Source: Alphaproteobacteria bacterium (lineage in GTDB: Bacteria; Pseudomonadota; Alphaproteobacteria; RF32; CAG-239). Taken from it: DNA of 64,000 nucleotides. Of the stretch, positions 48,746 to 57,600 are shown in pieces. A model generated the notes under the pieces. The model had not been told where the DNA came from, searched no databases, and saw nothing but the letters and a program-made list of their open reading frames with translations. Each line of letters starts with the position of its first letter. Within the stretch, counting starts at the first letter, position 1. Location of the stretch: contig JAFYXH010000009.1 in the NCBI GenBank assembly GCA_017546315.1, forward strand, positions 6,390 to 70,389, given 5' to 3'. The position numbers and the translations under genes are program-made.

Positions 48746-48816
48746 ACTTAGAAATTAAACCTCCAAATGTACACATGTTATATATAACACAGATTTTTTA
48801 ACTTTCAATCTTTTTA

Positions 48817-50115
48817 TTACATACATGTTCTTATTGTATCAATAAAACTTAATCCTTTTTCCTGACCTATTTGCATACCTGTGCCATGAGGAATAGGAAA
48901 ATTCATACCACATTGCCAGTCTTGAATTGTTTTTAAGTTCCAATAATGGTTTAAGCAAGAACAACCATTTTTATAAAAAAGCTCACCAAAAAATTGAAAT
49001 CTTTGAGCTTTAATATCACTTACAATACCTGACAACATAAGCATAAGTAATACTACTCCATAAATATTGGCAAATTTATATTTTGATAAAAATAGAATCA
49101 TTAAAGTTGCAGGCAACATCATAAAAGCTGTTTCATTATGGCGAATGTACGTCATCCAATATGTATAAACCTCCCCCCCTCGAAAAGAAACAACACCGCA
49201 AACACAAAAAAGAATCCCAAACATTATCGCCCATAAAGGCTGTATTTTTTTATTACTATATTGTTCAAAGAAAACTACTGCTAAAATTGCAAAATGAGCA
49301 GCAAACCAAATAAAACACACTTCTTGACTTAAAACTTTTGCAAGAGAAAACATATTCAAACTATTAACAATATAAAATGACAAATGCTTTATGTATTCAT
49401 AATCAATGATTTTGTTACTCATTTTTACTTCAATAAAACGCATTGGCGTTGTAACAAATGATAACAAGAAAAACAAAACACACAAAATAGCACAAACGAC
49501 AAAACATCGCTTAAAACATAAAACTTTACCATCTGATTTAGAATTGATGCACTCTTTGATTATATATGCTAAAAACCCACCTATTGCCAAAGGAATATTC
49601 ATTGATATAACACTACAAAATAAGCTTAAAGCAAAACATACTATATTTAACCATGTAGAACTTTTTACAAAACCAAAATACACCGCAATCAAGAAAAACA
49701 ATATAAAAGTATGAGTCTGCACAAGAAACACCCATAACCAATTATAGCCTAGCATTGGCGTTAGTATAGGACACAAAAAAAGAGGAAAAATATTTATTTT
49801 ATTTTTAGGTTTTGCACTAACCAAAATCGACCAATAAACACATAGAATAACTAAATAAACTCCAAAATTTACGAAATTAAAATATCGCAAATTCCAATTA
49901 AAAGTTTTGTATATTACTTCTGATATTATAAAATAAAAAAATTGCATATTCTCATTATAAAACTCAAATAGATGAGAAAAATGTCCCCTTGGCATCAAAT
50001 CCCACGTATCCCAAAAAGGAATATCAAACGCATAACGATATAAAAGAAAAACATCATACCCTAAAATAGAAAACAATACTAAATAAGATAATAAATATAC
50101 CAATCTTATAGACAT
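48817..50115 (-). CDS. Polytopic membrane protein, possible GT-C-type glycosyltransferase
   Basis: About 10-12 TM segments. First loop DIPFWDTWD...YNEN resembles the acidic loop of lipid-carrier glycosyltransferases. RBS GAGGTG. Confidence 0.55.
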   Translation of the reverse strand: MSIRLVYLLSYLVLFSILGYDVFLLYRYAFDIPFWDTWDLMPRGHFSHLFEFYNENMQFFYFIISEVIYKTFNWNLRYFNFVNFGVYLVILCVYWSILVSAKPKNKINIFPLFLCPILTPMLGYNWLWVFLVQTHTFILFFLIAVYFGFVKSSTWLNIVCFALSLFCSVISMNIPLAIGGFLAYIIKECINSKSDGKVLCFKRCFVVCAILCVLFFLLSFVTTPMRFIEVKMSNKIIDYEYIKHLSFYIVNSLNMFSLAKVLSQEVCFIWFAAHFAILAVVFFEQYSNKKIQPLWAIMFGILFCVCGVVSFRGGEVYTYWMTYIRHNETAFMMLPATLMILFLSKYKFANIYGVVLLMLMLSGIVSDIKAQRFQFFGELFYKNGCSCLNHYWNLKTIQDWQCGMNFPIPHGTGMQIGQEKGLSFIDTIRTCM

Positions 50116-50186
50116 AACTCACCTCTCTTTTTTCGAGGTTATAAAATATTATCACTCTTTTCAACCTTTATTTTAGAAAAAAACAA

Positions 50187-50215
50187 TTGACTTATCAAAT
50201 ATTTGATTTTATAGT
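50187..50215 (+). promoter_or_regulatory. Sigma70-like promoter for the rpmH operon
   Basis: TTGACT-17 nt-TATAGT. The spacer contains the perfect palindrome ATCAAATATTTGAT. Confidence 0.65.
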
Positions 50216-50283
50216 TTAGCCTCAAACCGAGAGATAGCTTTTGCTATTTTTAAATAAATAACTAATTAACCGGAGATTTTATA

Positions 50284-50418
50284 ATGAAACGTACATATCA
50301 ACCAAGTAAATTGGTAAGAGCTCGTCGCCACGGCTTTAGAGCTCGCATGGCTACAGCTGGTGGTCGTAAAGTTTTATCTGCTCGCAGAGCTAGAGGACGT
50401 AAAAGACTTTCTGCTTAA
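50284..50418 (+). CDS. rpmH: 50S ribosomal protein L34 (not in the ORF track)
   Basis: Hand translation: [44 protein letters not shown]. Confidence 0.97.
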   Translation: MKRTYQPSKLVRARRHGFRARMATAGGRKVLSARRARGRKRLSA

Positions 50419-50428
50419 TGTATAAGCG

Positions 50429-50794
50429 ATGACAAAAATACTTACTTTAAAGAAAAGAAGAGATTTTCTACGGGTCGCACAGGATCATCATATTGCAACT
50501 TACAACGTGGTGGTTCAGGCGACTCGCAGTTTATGTAATGATGATTTCATTAGAGTTGGATATACAGCTACTAAAAAGATAGGAAATGCTGTTATAAGAG
50601 CCAAAAGCAAAAGACGTATGCGAGCTATTGCAAGAATGGTTAGTAGCTACTTACTAAAAGATGTGGACTATGTTTTTATTGCTAGAATGAGTACTGCAAA
50701 TTGTGATTTTAATGATTTATCCAGAGATGCAATTTACGCTATAAAGCGTATAAACAAGAATTTCATCCCCACCCAAAACGATGACAAAAAATAA
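50429..50794 (+). CDS. rnpA: Ribonuclease P protein component
   Basis: [23 protein letters not shown]...KRRMR, DYVFIAR. Confidence 0.93.
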   Translation: MTKILTLKKRRDFLRVAQDHHIATYNVVVQATRSLCNDDFIRVGYTATKKIGNAVIRAKSKRRMRAIARMVSSYLLKDVDYVFIARMSTANCDFNDLSRDAIYAIKRINKNFIPTQNDDKK

Positions 50795-51077
50795 GAATAC
50801 ATTGAAAAAGCTTTTATTCTCTATTCATTATGGAATAAAGTGTTTATTACTTCTTTTTTTGAAATTTTACAAAAAATGTATATCCCCTTTTCTTCCTTGT
50901 GCTTGCAGATATACTCCGACTTGCTCAGAATATATGATGGAAGCAATAGAAAAATATGGCATTCTAAAAGGAGGTTTGCTTGGCATCAAAAGACTACTTA
51001 GATGCTCTCCATGGGGGGGCTCTGGCTATGATCCTGTTCCTAGCTTAAACAAAAAAGACAACAAAGATACTAATTAG
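50781..51077 (+). CDS. yidD: Membrane protein insertion efficiency factor
   Basis: ISP...[10 protein letters not shown]...[14 protein letters not shown]. Confidence 0.95.
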   Translation: MTKNKNTLKKLLFSIHYGIKCLLLLFLKFYKKCISPFLPCACRYTPTCSEYMMEAIEKYGILKGGLLGIKRLLRCSPWGGSGYDPVPSLNKKDNKDTN

Positions 51078-51149
51078 CTTTACAATAGAGCTTTTGAGGG
51101 TTATAAGTTGTCGTATTACTTACAAAACATTTAGGAGTTATAAAGAAAA

Positions 51150-52823
51150 ATGAAAGATGAAATGAAATCTTTATCTTTAGCAATTGTACTTTCTTTTATT
51201 GCAATTTATAGTGTTAATCATTTTTTTGGGTATAACCAATTTGGCTCTTTACAAGAAACAGAGAAACAGAAAATTGCCCAAAAACTTAATACAGTTACAT
51301 CTCATGTAAAAATTGAAGAAAATGTTCTTAAAACAACTGGTGAAACTATTTCTAGTGAAAAAAGAATCAATATTGATAATAAAACAATAAAAGGAAGTAT
51401 TCGTCTTAAAGGTGGTCGATTTGACAATATCCTCCTTGAAAAATATAATGAAAATCTTGATGATCAAAGCAACAAAGTTGAGCTTTTAGCTCCAAACAAA
51501 ACAAAAAATCCTTATTTTGCGGAATTAGGTTGGTTATCTTTAGATGAAAAAGTTGCACTACCAAATTCTAATACCTCATGGGAAACTACATCTTCTATTA
51601 TTTCTCCTGAAAAACCAGCCATTTTGACTTGGAACAATAATAACGGATTGAAGTTTATCAGAAAAATTCAAATTGATAAAGATTATTTATTTACAATCAC
51701 AGATACTATTGAAAATTTGAGTGGAGAAGAAGTTGAATTGTTCCCTTATGCTCTTCTTAGTAGAGATATTAAAAACTTACCACAGAATCGCTCTGTTGTT
51801 CATGAAGGAATTAGTGCGGTTATCAACGACTCTTTAAAAGAATTTAAGTATGGTGATATAAAAGATGGAGATACTGAAACTTTTGAAGCAAAAACTGGAT
51901 GGATCGGTTTTTCTGATAGATATTGGTTCTCTGCTTTAATTTTGCCTAAAGATGCAAGTAATAAGGTTACCTTAAAAAATAACAATAAAACAAACTACCA
52001 AATAGATTATTTGGGTGGAAGAGCTATTATTCCAAATGGAGAGGCTTATTCATATACTTATAAGTTATATTCTGGAGCTAAAGAAATAAAGCTATTAGAT
52101 AAATATACTAAAGAGGATAAAATATCTAAATTTGATTTAGCTGTTGATTTTGGTTGGTATTATTTTTTAACAAAACCATTCTTCTATATTCTTGATTTCC
52201 TTTATGGATTTTTGGGAAATATGGGATGGGCCATACTTTTGTTTGCAGCGTTATTGAGACTTTTGATGTTTCCTATCGCAAATAAGTCTTTTGCAAATAT
52301 GGCAAAGATGAAAGCATTACAACCTAAACTTGATGAAATTAAATCAAAGTATGGTGATAATCAATTACTTATCCAACAAGCTACAATGGATTTATATAAA
52401 AAAGAGAAAATAAATCCTGCGTCTGGATGTTTACCAATGCTTATTCAAATTCCTGTATTCTTTTCTCTTTATAAGGTTTTGAATATTGCAATTGAGATTA
52501 GACACGCTCCTTTTATTGGTTGGATAAAAGACTTATCTGCACCAGATCCTTTAACTTTTTCAGAAATGTTAAATATATACGTTCCATCATTTATAAATAT
52601 TGGTATTTGGCCAATGTTGATGGGTGTTACTATGTGGATTCAACAAAAGCTTAACCCTGCTCCAATTAACAAAGATCAAGCTATGATGTTTACTTTAATG
52701 CCTGTATTCTTTACATTTATGTTGGGTCATTTTGCATCTGGTTTGGTTATATATTGGACTTTAAGCAATATTTTATCCATTATTCAACAAAAGATTATTA
52801 TGGGTAAAAATGGAGTAAAATAA
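51150..52823 (+). CDS. yidC: Membrane protein insertase YidC
   Basis: VDFGWYYFLTKP, NPASGCLPMLIQIPVFFSLY, WIKDLSAPDP, GLVIYW. Confidence 0.97.
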   Translation: MKDEMKSLSLAIVLSFIAIYSVNHFFGYNQFGSLQETEKQKIAQKLNTVTSHVKIEENVLKTTGETISSEKRINIDNKTIKGSIRLKGGRFDNILLEKYNENLDDQSNKVELLAPNKTKNPYFAELGWLSLDEKVALPNSNTSWETTSSIISPEKPAILTWNNNNGLKFIRKIQIDKDYLFTITDTIENLSGEEVELFPYALLSRDIKNLPQNRSVVHEGISAVINDSLKEFKYGDIKDGDTETFEAKTGWIGFSDRYWFSALILPKDASNKVTLKNNNKTNYQIDYLGGRAIIPNGEAYSYTYKLYSGAKEIKLLDKYTKEDKISKFDLAVDFGWYYFLTKPFFYILDFLYGFLGNMGWAILLFAALLRLLMFPIANKSFANMAKMKALQPKLDEIKSKYGDNQLLIQQATMDLYKKEKINPASGCLPMLIQIPVFFSLYKVLNIAIEIRHAPFIGWIKDLSAPDPLTFSEMLNIYVPSFINIGIWPMLMGVTMWIQQKLNPAPINKDQAMMFTLMPVFFTFMLGHFASGLVIYWTLSNILSIIQQKIIMGKNGVK

Positions 52824-53458
52824 TGTCTGAAAAACTAGAAGAAGCTCGTTTAGCAAAAGGAAAAGAGCTTTTTAATAAACGATGTGATTTTGTTCTTAGT
52901 GTTGCCAATCTTAAACAACTTCCATCTGATGATAAGGTTGAGATTGCGTTTGCAGGAAGATCAAATGTTGGAAAATCAAGTCTTATAAATGCTCTATTTG
53001 GGCAAAGAAAACTTGCTAAAACATCATCAACTCCTGGAAGAACTCAGCAATTAAATTATTTCAATCTTAATGAGCAACTTTATGTTGTAGATTTACCAGG
53101 ATACGGTTTTGCAAAAGCCCCTAAAGATATTGTTAAAAATTGGCAAAACTTAATTAACACTTATCTTGTGGGCAGAGCGAATCTTAGAAGAGTGTTTGTT
53201 TTGATTGATTCTCGTCATGGTATAAAAAAGATTGATGAGGAAATTATGGAAATGCTAGATACTGCTGCTGTTACATATCAGATTGTATTAACTAAAATTG
53301 ATAAAATTAGTGAAAAAGAATTAGAAAAAGTATTAAAAGATACAAACGAAAAGATAAGTAAACACACTGCGGCGCATGTGCTAGTTTTGAAGACGAGTTC
53401 TGAAAAGAATCTATATTTGGATGAATTAAAAGCAGAAGTTGCAGATTTAATTTGTTAA
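52823..53458 (+). CDS. yihA: GTP-binding protein YihA/EngB
   Basis: GRSNVGKSS, TPGRT, DLPGYG, TKID. Confidence 0.95.
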   Translation: MSEKLEEARLAKGKELFNKRCDFVLSVANLKQLPSDDKVEIAFAGRSNVGKSSLINALFGQRKLAKTSSTPGRTQQLNYFNLNEQLYVVDLPGYGFAKAPKDIVKNWQNLINTYLVGRANLRRVFVLIDSRHGIKKIDEEIMEMLDTAAVTYQIVLTKIDKISEKELEKVLKDTNEKISKHTAAHVLVLKTSSEKNLYLDELKAEVADLIC

Positions 53459-53460
53459 AT

Positions 53461-53489
53461 AAAAATCCCCTTAATAAAGGGGATTTTTT
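53461..53489. terminator. Bidirectional intrinsic terminator
   Basis: AAAAATCCCCTT-aata-AAGGGGATTTTT. Confidence 0.88.
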
Positions 53490-53613
53490 GTTTTAGTTTA
53501 GGTTCTATTTTTTGATAGCTTATAATCTTTTTATTCTAGGTATAAATTTGCTCTGTGAATAACTGTTATTCAATCAACCATTGGATGACTTTAACTATAA
53601 GCAATAATCAATA

Positions 53614-54603
53614 TTAGGTTATAGCTGTTACACCTCTTATATTACCATCTCTTACAATTTGAACTACATGTAGTTTTCTACGCATTTCTTGCATTGTTTT
53701 TTCAACATTTATATGTGGTGTCTGCTCCATTATACACTTTATGAAAGATTCATAAGCTGCTTCAGGACTTTCGGCGTGAATTGTCGCCATGCAGTTATCG
53801 TGTCCAGATCCCATTAAAGCCCATATTGCAGATGCATTCTTATTTGAAATCTCACCACCTATAATAGCATCGGGGGTAATACGTTTAATTAAGTCTATTG
53901 CATCAGCATCACTCATACCTTCGGTATCTTTATTTTTGCTTCCTTTAACACGAGATAAAACGATATGAATACGATTTGGATGTGGCACTTTTAATTCTCT
54001 AGTATCTTCTAGAGTTACCACTCTTTTATGTATATCTAAAAGTTGCAATAAGTTATTTAAGAATGTGGTTTTACCTGTTCCGGTACCTCCGCTAACTAAA
54101 ATATGATCTCCTCTTCGCAAAGCTAATAATAAACGCTCATATGCATCATCTGGGTCTTTTATGTTTTTCAAGGGATTTATTTCTTTTAATTGTTTACCTT
54201 GTTCCAAACCATAATCACCAAAACCAAAAGCAACATCATCAGAATACAAACGTATTGCGATAGCTATCCCCTCTTTATCTTCAAAACCATAACGAATATT
54301 TCTACCAGCAACACCCGTAAAACGATGTCCTCCTGGGATGTCGGTATAAACTGTTGGAATACCATACATTGGATCAAATTCTTGGTCATTAAGATTTGCT
54401 ATGATATATAGTAAATTAGTCAAATATTCTTTAGTCAATTTAGGATCTTTATAACTAACCCAAGGAAAAGCTCTTTTGCCTCGCAAACGCAACCAAATTT
54501 CTCCTGGTTGATTTACAGCAACTTCTTCTAAATTATCTTGTTCATACCAATATGACAATGGCCTTAGAACTGAACTCAATACTTTATCTTCTTGTTTTCC
54601 CAT
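53614..54603 (-). CDS. virB11: VirB11-family T4SS traffic ATPase
   Basis: EEVAVNQPGEIW, Walker A GGTGTGKTT, Asp box LEDTREL, Walker B PDAIIGGEI, His box SGH...TIHA. Downstream of a VirB10-domain gene. Confidence 0.85.
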   Translation of the reverse strand: MGKQEDKVLSSVLRPLSYWYEQDNLEEVAVNQPGEIWLRLRGKRAFPWVSYKDPKLTKEYLTNLLYIIANLNDQEFDPMYGIPTVYTDIPGGHRFTGVAGRNIRYGFEDKEGIAIAIRLYSDDVAFGFGDYGLEQGKQLKEINPLKNIKDPDDAYERLLLALRRGDHILVSGGTGTGKTTFLNNLLQLLDIHKRVVTLEDTRELKVPHPNRIHIVLSRVKGSKNKDTEGMSDADAIDLIKRITPDAIIGGEISNKNASAIWALMGSGHDNCMATIHAESPEAAYESFIKCIMEQTPHINVEKTMQEMRRKLHVVQIVRDGNIRGVTAIT

Positions 54604-54677
54604 AATATATCCCTACCTATTTATAATCTTTATAATAGCATGTTTTTTAATATTAGTCAATAACACCTATCTATTGA

Positions 54678-57600
54678 TTAGAAATTTAAATCTATTTCAC
54701 CAGCATCTTCTTCATCTTCTTCTTGAGGCATTACTATTGCTGAACCATCAGTAGATGGAGGTGGCAAAGCTCTTATTGGTCGATTTTGATTTCTTTGATT
54801 ATTGTTTTGAGGTGTTTCTTCTGCTATGAGTGGTGTATGCTGTGGTTGATTTTGGGTGTTTTGTTGATTACCCATAACAACTCTTTGCTGATTATTGCCG
54901 GTTGTAGTTGATTTAACACTAGAGCTACCATCCTCATCAATGAGAACATTTTCTACATTTCTCCTACCTGTACTTTCTACACCTTCTTCAACATCTTTAG
55001 CTGATCGCAACCATAAATCACTCATTGGATAAATGATAATTCTTGTTCCAGCAGGAACATAAGTTACCGCTGCTATTTCTTTTTTCTTATCGATAATTTC
55101 TTGCAAAATTTCATCCATTTTGCTCATAAATTGTTCTCTTGCATCTGATGCAGCCTGTTGTTTTGAATTCTCTACTTGCGCATTTGAAGAACTTTCTTCA
55201 TCTGCTGCCATCATGTAAGTTATTGCAGAAGTTACCATTGTTCCTACGATTGGTAGTGTATATTTTTTAACAAGTTGCTCATCTACATATCCAAGAGCAC
55301 CACCTCCACGACCTTGGCTGTCTCCAGTTTGAGCACTATTGATAAAGAAGGATACTCCATCCGGACGAATAATTCTACTCCAACTGATTTCTATTTTTGT
55401 TCCACCACTTGCTCCATCAAATCGACTTCTTTCACCGATATCTTGAAGACCACCGATAACTCTACTTCCGGCTGGAATAATAACATTACGCCCACTATCT
55501 CCATAAACATTACGTTCTACAATAGCAGTAACTGGCGCTGAACCTAATGATATGAGTGATCTAGCTAACACTGCAGGTATAGGCTTATCTGCTGTTATCA
55601 CGTTACTCATATCAACTCTTAGGGTTGAAACTTGTCTTCCTATACCCCAATCGTTTTGCCATCCATCTATTGAAGAAGCATTAAATCCACTTTCTATTTT
55701 AGCACTTGTTAATTTTTCTCTTCTTTGCTGATGATATTGAGACAATATTGCAGCTCTTTGCGGGTTATAACGTCCACCAGGACCAACACCACCGCCAGGT
55801 CCAACATTTGTTATATCATTTTTACTTGAATGAGGTGAAATTGTTGCTCCACTTGCAACATTATGCCACCAATTATCATTTGCTGGTGTTTTCTTTCTAT
55901 TTTTACGTTGTTCTATATTACCAATGGTATTTCCCTCTTCATCTATTATTTGACCATTTTCTGTTTGACGACCAACGATTTTTCCATCTTCACTAATAAC
56001 AACATTATTCTCATATACATCACCAATATACTTACCACCTGGGGTAATAGCAATACCTATGGCTTTATGATTTAATTTTGTTTCCATTACTTCTTTATCT
56101 TCTTTAGTTAGAGCCTGTTGATTATCAGAAGATGAAATATCTTTATTATTTTCTCCATTATTGTTTTCTTGTCCTAATTTTTGATTTTGCCCCACATAAT
56201 TATTACTTTCATAAGCACCTTCTAATTGAGATTTTTCACTTTCTTTATATTCATTATTTATAGAACCCTTATCTTTTGAGGTTGGCAACAAATTATTTTT
56301 TTCTTGATTGCTCTTAGAATTAACATTTCCATCTTTTAGAGTATTATCAATATCATTGAGATTATCATATTCATCATATTGATTTTGCAACTCTTGCTCT
56401 TGGCTTGATTTAGAATCCGCTCTGTTATTGCCTTGCTTAGATGATGATGGATGTGCAGGATGTTGATAATATTGAAGATAATGAGCTATTGCTATTACAT
56501 TGTTAGCGTTGTCTAAAATATTTCCGTTATTATCAAGCGTTCCTACTTTTATATTTTTATTATTTACAACACTACCATCTAATTTCAAGTATCCAATGCT
56601 TTTGTTATTTTTATCTTTTAATGTATAATCTCTATATCCTCTTGCTACAACATTTTGTCTCTTATCTAAAACGAATCCATTATAAATTGTTCCAACAACA
56701 TCTCCCATTATGCTATAAACTTTACCATTTTTAGCAATGTATCCGATGGTATTATCTTGATTATCATAAACATATAAATCGTATAAAGCGTATCCCTTTT
56801 TACCATCTAGAGTTTGAGCTTCACCATTAACATTTACACTTCCAATGATGTTTCCATTATCTGCAATAATATTACCATTTATATCTACTCTTCCTAGATA
56901 AATATTATTATTATCAAATGCTATTGAATAATTAAACAATATACCGAGTTTTTTTCCATCTTTTGATATTACATCACCATATATATTTGTTGATGCTAAT
57001 TGCACACCACTAATATCCAAAATACGACCAGATATATCTGTATATCCAATAATTTTATTATCTAACCCCATTACGGTTGCAAACTTTACAGTTCTTCCAA
57101 TATTCTCACCTTGACTATTTTTTATGAATCCTCTTTTGTCTTGACATCCTAAAACTTGATTTTGATAATTTAGAACATCACCTAAGCTATTGCTTGTTCC
57201 AAGGACTTCTCCCTTATCATTGGTTATGATGCTTGAAGATATAATATGCCCAATAATTTCTTCTCTATCATTTAATACCTGATCATTGGATAAAACTGTT
57301 CCAATATATGTATTTTGAGCGTTTCTAATTTCACCATTATTAGATACTACACCTAAATATTTACAGTCTTTTGTTACGGCTGTTGCAAATGGAAGTGTTG
57401 TTCCATATAGTGCTCCTAGATTATCCATAACATATTTATCAGAACCTATTTTACCCAATGTTTGTTTATTGTTTTCAACATTTCCTCTAAATAGGTTAGC
57501 TCCAAGAAAATCTCCATTTATGCTTATGCTAAAAAAGTCATTTCCACTTTGCTGGTTAAATATAATATTTCCCTCTAAATCTATTATAGAATTGTTAGGT

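Noticed and set aside
53614-54603. ATPase as Tad CpaF or T2SS GspE partner of the secretin
   Set aside because: Its short length, the absence of a GspE-type tetracysteine motif and its position after a TrbI-domain gene favour VirB11. Phylogeny would settle it.
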